This document shows positions 1-8,951 of a DNA stretch of 64,000 nt, one piece after another (the stretch's first letter is position 1; each line of letters begins with the position of its first letter). The stretch covers positions 7,061 to 71,060 of the forward strand of contig JAJPIS010000070.1 in assembly GCA_021324635.1 (NCBI GenBank), written 5' to 3'. The notes under the pieces are model-generated. The model did no database searches. It saw only the letters and a program-made list of their open reading frames with translations, and was not told where the DNA came from. The stretch comes from Gemmatimonadota bacterium (GTDB lineage: Bacteria; Gemmatimonadota; Gemmatimonadetes; Gemmatimonadales; Gemmatimonadaceae). The translations under genes were made by a program, and so were the position numbers.

Positions 1-281
1 CCGCGCACGATCGAGTCCGTGCGCGTGATCATCACGAACACGCGTCCGGTGATCGGACCCTGGTGCGCCGACGCCGGAAAGGTGATCTCGAAGCGGGTGC
101 GTGACGCGGGCGCCGTCCGGGTCTCCACCTGCGCGGCGAGCGGCCGAAACGAAATCAGCGCCAGTGCGCACCCGATGGCGGTCGTCAGGCCGAGCGCGAC
201 GCCAGTGGCGGCGTGAAGGCCGATGCGAGGGCCGATGGCTGTACACGTGGCGCTCCGGGCGCCGCGACCGACGATGTGCAA
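1..281 (-). CDS. 5' part of an exported protein of unknown function; the gene runs off the left edge
   Basis: Not in the ORF track because there is no stop inside the window. Reverse translation from TTG at 281 (GGGGAGG 5 nt upstream) is stop-free to position 1: MHIVGRGARSATCTAIGPRIGLHAATGVALGLTTAIGCALALISFRPLAAQVETRTAPASRTRFEITFPASAHQGPITGRVFVMITRTDSIVR. It has a hydrophobic signal-like segment followed by ordinary composition. Confidence 0.3.
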   Translation of the reverse strand, partial: MHIVGRGARSATCTAIGPRIGLHAATGVALGLTTAIGCALALISFRPLAAQVETRTAPASRTRFEITFPASAHQGPITGRVFVMITRTDSIVR

Positions 282-374
282 CGGAGCCTCCCCTGGGGCA
301 GGTAGATGGACCGAACGGCGCCGACAATATAGGCGCCCATACCATCGCCCGTTACCCGGCGCGCGCCCTGCGCC

Positions 375-425
375 GTGGAGTCAGTGGAGTCAGTGGAGTC
401 AGTGGAGTCAGTGGAGTCAGTGGGA
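375..425. repeat. 9-bp tandem repeat GTGGAGTCA, 5 perfect copies plus a partial one
   Basis: Read directly: perfect copies at 375-383, 384-392, 393-401, 402-410 and 411-419, then gtggga. On the minus strand each unit reads TGA-CTC-CAC, and the first TGA (417-419) is the stop of the gene at 417..1523. Confidence 0.95.
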
Positions 426-1523
426 CGGCGTGGCGGCGCTCTGACTCGTGGGCAGCGAGCTGAAGTCCGGCATGTAGACCACGAGGCCGAGGTTCGCGAG
501 AGTGCGGGAGCGGCCGGCCACCAGCTGGCGGGCGTAGTGTGGAAGGCTCATGTCAAAGGGCGTTCGCGGCTCGGCGTCGATGATCCGGAGGTCGGTGTCC
601 GTCATGAGCAGCTTGCCGAACCGCAGCTCGCCGCCGCGGAAGTAGATGTAGTTCGGGTCGCTCGTGTCGGCCCGGACATACCTGCCGAAGACGGTGTCGT
701 CCGGGTCCCGCGCAAACTGTTGGACGACCGCGTCGCCCTCGATGCCGATCGCCATGAGCCGACCATCGATCGCCGGCGGTGGCAGGATCACGTGTGGATC
801 GAGATAGAGATCGTCGCCCTTGACCGTCGCGCCCCGTGCGCGGGAGAGATCCAGCAGGTCGTCGAGATGGAGGCCGACGAGGTGCAGCACCTTCTCGCCA
901 TTCACGCCAAGCGTCTGCACGGCGGTCGGGTGGAGGCGGATCCGTCCGTCCGGCATCACCGTGAGCGTGCCGCGCAGGCGGAAGCGGACGTCCACGCCCT
1001 TGTGCATCACTCCCGTCTGGATGATCTGTGCCCCGTCCGTGCGGACGCGGATGTCGCGCAGGGGCGCGCCGGGATAGGCGAAGACGCTGTAGTTGAGAAT
1101 GGCGCCGAGATCGTCCCCGGTCAGCGCGACCGTGCCTGCCGTGACGCGAATGTGGAAGGACGTCGGGTCGTCGAGCGTCGCGGGCTGCTCGGGGTGCACC
1201 CGGAGCACTTCGCCATGGAGGACGCGGACACGGATCGTGATCTGATCGGAAAGCCGGAGGTCGACGTTCCGCATGTCGACCCACTGGCGCGGCCGCGCGG
1301 CCGGATGCGCCGCCGCCCGGCTGGCCGGCCCCGCGCGTGCGGACGGGCCCGGATCGGTCGTCGGCCGCCTGGCGTGCGCCCGGCGCGGACTGGGTCCTGG
1401 GTCGTCCCGGGGCGCCGCGCGCCCCACCGCGGTGAGCTGCGCCGCGACGAGCACGACGCACACCGCGCCCGCGGCTCGGGTCCCACCGATCCAGCGCCGT
1501 ACCTCGCGAGCTCTGCGCGCCAT
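417..1523 (-). CDS. hypothetical membrane-anchored or secreted protein
   Basis: Track ORF 417..1799 trimmed to the ATG at 1523 (MARRAREVRRWIGGTRAAGAVCVVLVAAQLTAV, a signal-anchor-like segment). The remainder has ordinary composition (VDLRLSDQITIRVRVLHGEVLRV...). No family recognised. Confidence 0.55.
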   Translation of the reverse strand: MARRAREVRRWIGGTRAAGAVCVVLVAAQLTAVGRAAPRDDPGPSPRRAHARRPTTDPGPSARAGPASRAAAHPAARPRQWVDMRNVDLRLSDQITIRVRVLHGEVLRVHPEQPATLDDPTSFHIRVTAGTVALTGDDLGAILNYSVFAYPGAPLRDIRVRTDGAQIIQTGVMHKGVDVRFRLRGTLTVMPDGRIRLHPTAVQTLGVNGEKVLHLVGLHLDDLLDLSRARGATVKGDDLYLDPHVILPPPAIDGRLMAIGIEGDAVVQQFARDPDDTVFGRYVRADTSDPNYIYFRGGELRFGKLLMTDTDLRIIDAEPRTPFDMSLPHYARQLVAGRSRTLANLGLVVYMPDFSSLPTSQSAATPSH

Positions 1524-1807
1524 CACCTGTAATGTGCGTAGGGGACGGAGAGGACGTAGGAGGCGCAGCGCGCTGCCCCCGCGCGACCGGCCACTTCTGA
1601 CAGGTTGCGGGCCCGGTGTCGCGAACGGTCGTCGTCGGGCGCGAGCATCCTCGACCGGTGAGCTCGGTCCGCTGTCCCGATCCCGCGGACCCCGCGCCGA
1701 CCCGGCGCGGCCCCGGCGGCCCCCGGAGAGCCAGCGGTCGCCCCTGCACCATCGTCCGTCATCCCAACGGCGTGGCCGACACCGGGACCGGCCGGGCATC
1801 CTCTGCC

Positions 1808-2173
1808 ATGCGCGTGCTCATAGTCGACGACGAGCCGCTGGCGCGGGTGCACATGCGGAGCCTGCTGGCCGGCGACGGCGATGTGTCGGAAGTCGTGGAG
1901 TGCGCCAATGGCCTCGACGCCGTCTCGATGATCAGGGCCCATCGGCCGGACCTGGTGCTGCTCGATGTCGAGATGCCCGGGCTCGATGGGTTCGGCGTGG
2001 TGCGCGCCGTTGGGGTGGACGCCATGCCCGCGGTCATCTTCGTGACCGCCCACCACCGCTACGCCTCGGCTGCCCTCGCCGTCCGCGCCGTCGATTGTGT
2101 GCTCAAGCCGGTCTGGGGGCCGCGGCTGACCGACGCCGTGCGGCGAGCCAAGGCACAGATCGCCAGAGGATGA
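1808..2173 (+). CDS. stand-alone response-regulator receiver (CheY-like, LytTR-family-like N-terminus, no output domain)
   Basis: MRVLIVDDEPLARVHMRSLL...PDLVLLDVEMPGLDGFGVV...VIFVTAHHRYA...DCVLKP. Receiver acidic pocket and conserved Lys motif are present. About 121 aa starting from the ATG at 1808. Confidence 0.8.
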   Translation: MRVLIVDDEPLARVHMRSLLAGDGDVSEVVECANGLDAVSMIRAHRPDLVLLDVEMPGLDGFGVVRAVGVDAMPAVIFVTAHHRYASAALAVRAVDCVLKPVWGPRLTDAVRRAKAQIARG

Positions 2174-2227
2174 CCGACCGGGCGGCATGAACTGCCGCCC
2201 CCGGAGCTCCCCGGGGCTCCTCCGGGC

Positions 2228-2845
2228 TCAGCGCCGCGCGACGGTACGACCGGCCCGCGCCCATGGCGCCCACCCGGCTGGCAGCACGGCCCAGCCGCGT
2301 GGACTGGTACCCGGGCGCGGAAAGGCCGGCGTGCCGTCGGGGGCAGCGGGTCTGCCCGCGGTCCCGAGGAACTCGCGAATCGCCTCGATCCCCGCGACGT
2401 GGGCCGCGTGTCCACGACTCGCCGTCGCGCGACCCCAGTATCGGTGCGTGCCATCGCGCATGACGAGCGCGGGGCGGTACCGCTCCACCTGGTCGTCATC
2501 GACCTCCAGACGCTCGAGGACCGCGTCCGCGACATCGGTGATGCGGTGGAGCACGATCGTCGCCCCGACCAGATGCCGTCGCGTGAGGTGGACGATGCCG
2601 CGCGGGCGATCGAACGTGAGCGTGTGGGAGCCGGTCCCCCGGGCGCTCGCCAGCCCCAACACGACGAGCGTCACGCCGACCGCGGCCACGAGAACGATGA
2701 CGCCCCAGGAGTGGGCCAGCGCGCCGCGCGCCGCGATGTAGGCGAGCGCGGCACCGGAGAGCGCGACCAGGGCGCCTACCACGCGGGTCGCATGGGCCGA
2801 ATCGGACGCGATCAGGATGTCGGGTGCGGGACGCCGGATGCGCAT
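2228..2845 (-). CDS. hypothetical membrane protein
   Basis: Two hydrophobic helices (VVGALVALSGAALAYIAA, WGVIVLVAAVGVTLVVLGLA) followed by a soluble tail. No family recognised. Confidence 0.4.
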   Translation of the reverse strand: MRIRRPAPDILIASDSAHATRVVGALVALSGAALAYIAARGALAHSWGVIVLVAAVGVTLVVLGLASARGTGSHTLTFDRPRGIVHLTRRHLVGATIVLHRITDVADAVLERLEVDDDQVERYRPALVMRDGTHRYWGRATASRGHAAHVAGIEAIREFLGTAGRPAAPDGTPAFPRPGTSPRGWAVLPAGWAPWARAGRTVARR

Positions 2846-3083
2846 GGTGCTCGCAGGAGCTGGCAGGTGCTGGCAGTGCTGGCGGGTGAGGTGTCGGGCG
2901 GCCGGCGAGATCCCGCAGGGCCGCCCAGCGCTGGGGGACGATCCGCGTGCAGGACGGCTTGGACCCGGTGGCCGTCACGGGAGCGCGGTGTGCGAGGGTG
3001 TGCCCGCGGTGGTGTGCGGCGGCGGTGTGCCGCGGGGCGGTGCGGCGTCCGTCGCGCCCGGCCGGACGGCTACGTTTCGCAGC

Positions 3084-4586
3084 GTGCGGCTCCTCATCAT
3101 CACGTGGCGACTGTTCCCGATCGCGATCTCGTTCCGGCGCGATTGGGCCCGGTGGGTCGTCGGCGGTGCGCCGATCGACCGCAGTCCCGAGTTCCACCGG
3201 TCCCGGGCACAGCGGATCGCGGCCTCGCTCGCCGCGCTCGGTCCGACGTTCGTCAAGTTCGCGCAACTGATCGGCGCGCGGGCCGACCTCGTGCCCGAGC
3301 CGTACCTGGGCGCCCTCGCATCGCTCATGGACCGGGTGCCGCCCGCCCCCTGGCCGCGCATCGCTCGCCAGCTCACCCGGAGCTATGGCCGGCCGATCGA
3401 CCAGGTGTTCGAGTCCATCGAGCAGACGCCGCTCGCCTCGGCGTCTCTGGGGCAGGTCTACGACGGGCGAGTCGGTGGCCGACGAGTGGCGATCAAGGTC
3501 CTGCGTCCCGGGGTCGAGCGACTGGTGGCCGCCGACCTGTCCGCCTCCCGGCGACTCCTCCGCGCACTCACCTGGCTGTTCGGCAACCGTCCCCGCGTGC
3601 GCCGGATCCTCGGGCAGCTCGCGACGGTCATCGAGGAGTTCGGATTCCGGATCGATGACGAGCTCGACTACCGGAAGGAGGCCGCGAACGCGATCGAAAT
3701 TCGGGAGAACTTCGCCGGCAGCGACGGCATCATCGTCCCCGAGGTGCTCGGCGCCCTCGTCCGCCGGCAGGTGCTCGTGCTCGAGTTCGTGGAAGGGACG
3801 CCGCTCGATGCGCTCGACGCCCGCGTGGCGGCGCGACAGCTCGACATCGCCGCTCTGGTGAGTCATCTGGTCGAGGCGTACGTCGCGATGATGATGGTCG
3901 ACGGGCTGTTCCACGCCGACCCGCACCCCCGGAACTTGCTCGTCGCTCCGGACGGGTCACTGGTACTGCTCGACTTCGGGATGGTGGTCCGCGTCTCGCG
4001 TGCGATGCGCCGCACGCTCCTGGCGACGATCCTGGCGGCGATCCGGCGCGACGTGGACGGTGTCGTGGCCGGCTTCGACGAGCTGGGACTCATTGCGCCC
4101 GGGGCGACCCGTGCCGACGTGCGGCCACTCATCGCGCTCCTGCTGGCGATGGCCTCGGGGTACACGACGGTGGAGGAACGGGTCGAGCTGCTCGCCGACC
4201 AGGTGATGGTCAACCTCTACGACTCCCCGCTCACGCTCCCGAGCTCGATGGTGTATTTCGCCCGCACCGCGGCCTTGATCGAAGGCATGGCGCTGCGCTA
4301 CGATCCGCGGTTCAATCCGCTCGCGGTGGCCACGCCGGTGCTGCTTCGGATGCATCCCACGATCGCGGCGGCGCTCGACCGGACTCACACGCCGAGCCTG
4401 GGGGCGCTCGCCGTCGGGCTCACGGGTGTGATCGGTCAGGGGCTCGACACCGTGGCCACCCGTCTCGGCGTGGGGCAGCGCGGCGAGGTCGCCCGCTGGG
4501 CCGACCGGCTCGTCTCGCGGGCGAGACGATACCTGGACCATGGCAGTCTGAGCAGCAACGGCAGCGGTGCACGCCCCGGTCGCTGA
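3084..4586 (+). CDS. ABC1/UbiB-family atypical protein kinase
   Basis: FVKFAQLIGARADLVPEPYLGALASLMDRVPP, ASASLGQVYDGR..VAIKVLRPGV, FHADPHPRNLLV and LLDFGMV are ABC1/AarF hallmarks. Track ORF starts at 2817, but its first 89 aa are Arg/Gly junk overlapping the opposite gene. The GTG at 3084 (VRLLIITWRLFPI) is the more plausible start. Confidence 0.8.
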   Translation: MRLLIITWRLFPIAISFRRDWARWVVGGAPIDRSPEFHRSRAQRIAASLAALGPTFVKFAQLIGARADLVPEPYLGALASLMDRVPPAPWPRIARQLTRSYGRPIDQVFESIEQTPLASASLGQVYDGRVGGRRVAIKVLRPGVERLVAADLSASRRLLRALTWLFGNRPRVRRILGQLATVIEEFGFRIDDELDYRKEAANAIEIRENFAGSDGIIVPEVLGALVRRQVLVLEFVEGTPLDALDARVAARQLDIAALVSHLVEAYVAMMMVDGLFHADPHPRNLLVAPDGSLVLLDFGMVVRVSRAMRRTLLATILAAIRRDVDGVVAGFDELGLIAPGATRADVRPLIALLLAMASGYTTVEERVELLADQVMVNLYDSPLTLPSSMVYFARTAALIEGMALRYDPRFNPLAVATPVLLRMHPTIAAALDRTHTPSLGALAVGLTGVIGQGLDTVATRLGVGQRGEVARWADRLVSRARRYLDHGSLSSNGSGARPGR

Positions 4587-4688
4587 GCAGCGAAACACAC
4601 GCCGCCGCCCGCACGTACTTCCGGTACTTCGGTCGGGGACTGGCTTCTGATTCGTTCTCGTATCATCGGCGCACTGGGCGCACTGGCC

Positions 4689-7190
4689 GTGATCGGTGCC
4701 GTGGCGTCCCCGCGCGCCGGTGCGGGATGCCCGCCCACGCCCGCCTCTGTGCGGCAGGGGGGCGTTCCGGCCGTGGACGCTCGGCCATCCCCCGGCGCCG
4801 ACACGCTCCAGCGGCGAGACTCGACGGCCAGGCGTCCGCCGAGGCGCGGTGAGCGCCGCGGCATGGCGCGCGTCGTCCCGCTGACACCGGCGCTCCTGGC
4901 GTCGGCGTACGACGGCGACGACACGCGGGCGCTGGTGGCGCTCGCCCGGGCGGCGCGGGCCAGCGACGACTCGAGCCTCCGTGATTACGATGTCGGCTCG
5001 GTCGAGCGGTTCTCCGTGTGGCTGGCGATCGGGTCGATCGGCCGCCCGCGGTTGGTGTTCCGGCGCGAGCGCGCCGAGCACGCGCGGTGGCAGCGCGGCC
5101 TGGGCGCGCTCGTCGATGTCACCGGGTCGCGCACGGCGCTGCCGCTCGCGCCGGACGAGCAGGATGTCGAGGACGACGCGATTTCCCTTCCCTACGTCCC
5201 TGGTCGGCGGCTACTGGCGCTGGGCGGGCAGCGTGGGGCCGACACGACGCAGTACGCCGAGATCGACGACATCGTCGACCCCGTCGCCGCGGGCGCCGAG
5301 GCGTACTATCGATACAGCCGCGGCGACTCGGCGATCCTGCGCATCCCCGTTCGCGGTGGCGGGCAGCGGGTGCTGCACCTGCGCGAGATCCGACTGCACG
5401 CGCGCGAGCCCGTGTGGAACCTCGCCGCCGGGTCCCTCTGGTTCGATGGCGAGAGCGGTCACCTCGTCCGGGCCGTGTACCGGTTCGCGGCCCCGATGAA
5501 CATCGTCGCGGTGGCCAAGGACGCGGACCCGCACGCCTTCGATGACGTACCGGTCTGGGTGCGGCCCCTGATCACGCCCATGACGGCGAGCCTCGACGCG
5601 GTGACGATCGAGTACAGCCTGCTCGACGGGCGCTTCTGGCTCCCGGTCGCGCGCTACGCCGACGGCAGCGCGCACGTGAACATGATGCGCGCCCCGGTGC
5701 GGTGGGAAGTCCGATACCGGTATCGCAGCGTGAACGGCCCCGACACCCTGCCCCGCCTCCCCGAGTTTGCCCGCGCCGCGGCGTCCCGGGCGTCGGCGGC
5801 GACGACCACCCCGCCCGGCAGCTCCCCTGCCCCGAGCGATACTGTCATCCCCGCCCGACCCGTCGACGGCGGTCGCGCACACGACCGGGGCGCCGGGGGC
5901 GCAACGCACCTCTCCATGCGCTCGGGCGCCGCGCGCGACGATCATTCGGATTCCGCCGAGCGTGCGATCCGCGCCGCCCAGTGTGCGCGGAGCGGCAGCT
6001 GGGAGCACGTCGAGGTGCACGACGGCTCCGTCCCGGTGGTGATTCGCACGCCGTGCGACACGGCGGCGCTCGCCCGGTCTCCGGAGCTGCCCGCGTCGAT
6101 CTACGATGACGGGACGCCGACCTTCGGGGTGCACGATCTCGACGCGCTGCGCCAGACCCTTGGGCGGGACCCGCCCCCCGACTGGCGTCCGCAGCCTGTC
6201 GAGCTTCGCTGGGGCGTGCGGGACGCGCTGGTTCGCTACAACCGGATCGAAGGCCTGTCCGTCGGCGCGGCCGCCGTCGAGGAGCTCGGGCTCGGGTTGT
6301 CGGCGCGGGCGGAAGGGCGGCTCGGCACGGCCGACCTCGAGCCGAATGGCGAGCTGCGACTGACGCGCACGACACCCGCCAGCACCGTCGGTCTCGCGCT
6401 CTATCGGCGCCTGGACGCCGCGACCGACTGGGGTGACCCGTTCAGCGTCGGCAGCTCGGTCTGGAACCTCCTCTTCGGAGGCGATGAGGGGTTCTACTAT
6501 CGCGCCTGGGGTGGCGAGCTGGCCGGCGTCGAGCGTGACTCTCCCCTGCCCTTCAGTTGGCGGCTGTTCGTCGAGGACGAGTGGACCGCCAGCGTGAAGA
6601 CGCGATTCGCGCTCACCCGTCTCGTTGGAGGCGCCCAGCTCCCTCGTGCCAATCTCGCCGCGCGCGCCGGGACCCTGAGCGGACTGGCCTTCCGGCTGCA
6701 TCCTGCGTGGGGGTCCGACCCGAGCGGGTTCCAGCTGTCGGCCGATATCCGTGGCGAGGGTGCCGGCGGGAGCTACTCGTACATTCGCGGCGCGGCCGAT
6801 CTCACCGTCGTTCACCCCATCGCGCCGTTCGCCGACGCCGCGGTCACCGTCGGCGGCGGCACCTCGGCCGGCGACCTACCGGCCCAGCGCGCCTGGTATC
6901 TGGGTGGTCTCCGCAGCGTGCGTGGGGAGCCGCCGGGGACGCAGGTCGGCGACGCCTACTGGATGACGCACCTCGAGATCGGTGGCCGCAGCCCGCTCGT
7001 GCGCCCGATCGCCTTCTACGACGTGGGCTGGGCCGGGAGCCGGTCCCTCTGGGCCCACGAGGGCCGTGCCCTCAGCGGGGCCGGCGTCGGCGTCTCATTG
7101 TTCGACGGCCTCGTTCGACTCGACATCGCCCGCGGCGTCTGGCCGTCCCACGGCGTTCGCGTCAACGCCTACTGGCAGGGCACCTTCTGA
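4689..7190 (+). CDS. Omp85/surface-antigen (D15) family outer-membrane beta-barrel protein
   Basis: C-terminal part: AWYLGGLRSVRGEPPG...YWMTHLEIG...FYDVGWAG...GAGVGVSLFDGLVRLDIARG...VNAYWQGTF, ending in an aromatic residue as outer-membrane proteins typically do. The in-frame upstream sequence WLLIRSRIIGALGALAVIGAVASP looks like the signal peptide but contains no ATG/GTG/TTG, so the true start is unresolved. Confidence 0.6.
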   Translation: MIGAVASPRAGAGCPPTPASVRQGGVPAVDARPSPGADTLQRRDSTARRPPRRGERRGMARVVPLTPALLASAYDGDDTRALVALARAARASDDSSLRDYDVGSVERFSVWLAIGSIGRPRLVFRRERAEHARWQRGLGALVDVTGSRTALPLAPDEQDVEDDAISLPYVPGRRLLALGGQRGADTTQYAEIDDIVDPVAAGAEAYYRYSRGDSAILRIPVRGGGQRVLHLREIRLHAREPVWNLAAGSLWFDGESGHLVRAVYRFAAPMNIVAVAKDADPHAFDDVPVWVRPLITPMTASLDAVTIEYSLLDGRFWLPVARYADGSAHVNMMRAPVRWEVRYRYRSVNGPDTLPRLPEFARAAASRASAATTTPPGSSPAPSDTVIPARPVDGGRAHDRGAGGATHLSMRSGAARDDHSDSAERAIRAAQCARSGSWEHVEVHDGSVPVVIRTPCDTAALARSPELPASIYDDGTPTFGVHDLDALRQTLGRDPPPDWRPQPVELRWGVRDALVRYNRIEGLSVGAAAVEELGLGLSARAEGRLGTADLEPNGELRLTRTTPASTVGLALYRRLDAATDWGDPFSVGSSVWNLLFGGDEGFYYRAWGGELAGVERDSPLPFSWRLFVEDEWTASVKTRFALTRLVGGAQLPRANLAARAGTLSGLAFRLHPAWGSDPSGFQLSADIRGEGAGGSYSYIRGAADLTVVHPIAPFADAAVTVGGGTSAGDLPAQRAWYLGGLRSVRGEPPGTQVGDAYWMTHLEIGGRSPLVRPIAFYDVGWAGSRSLWAHEGRALSGAGVGVSLFDGLVRLDIARGVWPSHGVRVNAYWQGTF

Positions 7191-7199
7191 GCCCCGGCA

Positions 7200-7409
7200 C
7201 GAGTCCTGGCGCAGCGCTCCGGCGGGCGCCGCCTCAACTGAACGATTTCCCACGATGCGCGCTTGGGAGCAGCCGGCGCGCCGGCCTGGCGTGCGGTCAG
7301 CGCCACGCGACGCACCCGCGCGTGGCTCCGCCTCGCCGCGTTCGATCGCTCCCGCTTCCGTGAGCGCGTCGGCGAGAAGCCGTCCGTACTTCGTCGTTCC
7401 CTTCCTCAT
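7200..7409 (-). pseudogene. decayed HigA/XRE-type antitoxin
   Basis: Starts MRKGTTKYGRLLADALTEAGAIERGEAEP, a typical N-terminus for this antitoxin class. The continuation RVRRVALTARQ...SWE..QLRRRPPE is only found in another frame, and the helix-turn-helix core between them is missing. Confidence 0.45.
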
Positions 7410-7670
7410 CGTTCTCCATCCAGTTCTCGGACCAGCCGCTCGGCGTAGTCCGATCCTTCTCGGTCAGCGCCCCCTGCCTGTTCTTCCCGTATGCGAGCAG
7501 CAGGTAGATCCGTCCGCGAGGTTCCAGGTACACGTAATCACCCTCGCATCACCTCGTCGTCCGACCCCTCCGGCGACGACCCGGATCTTCCGCACGCCGC
7601 GGGTCCCGCGCTCACCTACGCCCAGTCGCGGGTCAACGATCAGCCGTCGTTCGATGTCAGCGAAGTCCTC
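7406..7670 (-). pseudogene. decayed RelE/HigB-like toxin (GxRKxR...RVIY...YLLxxYxKN class)
   Basis: Three frame segments: EDFADIERRLIVDPRLGVGERGTRGVRKIRVVAGGVGRRGDARVIT; then YVYLEPRGRIYLLLAYGKNRQGALTEKD; then DYAERLVRELDGER-stop, whose TGA overlaps the antitoxin ATG (ATGA). There is no start codon, and the first segment begins directly after the parB-like stop in the same frame. Confidence 0.6.
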
Positions 7671-8948
7671 TCAGGCCTGCCGCAGCGCGGTCTCCCGCGC
7701 CCGGACGCGCTGGAGTTGCGTCTCCAGGGCTTCGCGCACCACGGCGACGTCGCCGGCGTCGAGCGACTCCACGCTCCGGTGTACCTCGATGATGAAGCCA
7801 CCCGTGCGGGTCGGACGGCAGCGATACGCCGGCCGAATCCGGGTCGTGCGCCGGCCGGTCGGGCCGAGGCCGACGAGCTGACGCAGGGCAGCCACGCGCT
7901 TGCCGTCATCGGCCTCATTGGCCAGTCGCTCGAGATCGCGGTAGGCCGCGCGCGACAGTCGGTCCTCGATGACCCCGGCGCCCGCTCCCCCTTCCCCCTT
8001 CCCCGCCCCGTCCCACTCTCCCTCGGGGCCGGCGGCCCGGGCCAGAAATGCCGGGGAGAGCGCCCGGCGGATTCGCAGCAACATGTTGACCTTGCCGTGG
8101 CTCCATCCCATCACCGCGCCCAGCGAGCGGACCGTGTCGTGGTAGCCGTCGGCGCGCCGACGCTCCTGGACCTCGGTGACGAGCACCGCCTCCTGCCAGG
8201 TCGTGAAATTCTCCCGGTGCAAGTTCCCGCGGAGCACCGTGGCCGCCGCTGCGGCGCTGGACATCGTCCCGCGATCGAGCGCTGGCACCTGGCGGAAGCC
8301 GGCCAGTCGTGCGGCAGCGAGCCGTCGGTGTCCCGCCAGGCACTCGTACCGGCCGTCCTCGGCGACCCGCACCTCGACCGGCGTCCGCACCCCGTGCTCG
8401 GCGACGTCGAACGCGAGCTCGGCGAGCCGGGCCGCTTCCGGGTCGAGCCGCGCGAAGAGCGTCATCCCGTCGGGACTGACGAGCGCGTGCAGCGAGCCGG
8501 CCGCGGCGATCGCCAGCCCGACACTCTGGACCGCGGCCGTGGACGGCCGGCCCTTGGGCTGGAACGGCGACGCTCGGATCGCCGCGACGTCCATCTCCCG
8601 AATGGCGAGGTCCAGCGTGTCGCTCGCCGGGCGATCCACCGCGCCCGCCCCCCGGATGGGCGCTTGTGACGCGCGGCTGACGTCAGACTGGCGCGTGAGC
8701 GGCGCCTCGCGCTCCGACGACCGGACCGCGTCCGCGGCCGATGCGCCGGGCGCGGGCTCCGCGGCCGCGCCGGTGGACGGGGGCGTGGACAGGGGCCGAC
8801 CCGCCCCTTCGATCGCCGTCATGGTGTGCGACTCGGGGACCTGCTCCGACGCGAGTTGCTCGGCCATCGCGAGCAACTGGTCGCGCCGGCCGGTTTTCAC
8901 CTTCCCGGTCGGCGGCGCCATCCCCTTCTTGGGCTGCGGCAACGGCAT
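7671..8948 (-). CDS. parB: ParB/Spo0J-like partition protein (ParB N-terminal nuclease-like domain), atypically long at 425 aa
   Basis: IREMDVAAIRASPFQPKGRP (ParB box I-like), GVRTPVEVRVAEDGRYECLAGHRRLAAARLAG (GxRR arginine patch), then an HTH-like region LGAVMGWSHGKVNMLLRIRR. Lies 3 nt downstream of parA. Confidence 0.75.
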   Translation of the reverse strand: MPLPQPKKGMAPPTGKVKTGRRDQLLAMAEQLASEQVPESHTMTAIEGAGRPLSTPPSTGAAAEPAPGASAADAVRSSEREAPLTRQSDVSRASQAPIRGAGAVDRPASDTLDLAIREMDVAAIRASPFQPKGRPSTAAVQSVGLAIAAAGSLHALVSPDGMTLFARLDPEAARLAELAFDVAEHGVRTPVEVRVAEDGRYECLAGHRRLAAARLAGFRQVPALDRGTMSSAAAAATVLRGNLHRENFTTWQEAVLVTEVQERRRADGYHDTVRSLGAVMGWSHGKVNMLLRIRRALSPAFLARAAGPEGEWDGAGKGEGGAGAGVIEDRLSRAAYRDLERLANEADDGKRVAALRQLVGLGPTGRRTTRIRPAYRCRPTRTGGFIIEVHRSVESLDAGDVAVVREALETQLQRVRARETALRQA

Positions 8949-8951
8949 CGA

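Noticed and set aside
375-1532. 385-aa + strand ORF starting MESVESVESVESVESV
   Set aside because: Its N-terminus is just the 9-bp repeat read in frame. The rest is antisense to the better-supported gene at 417..1523 and has junk composition.
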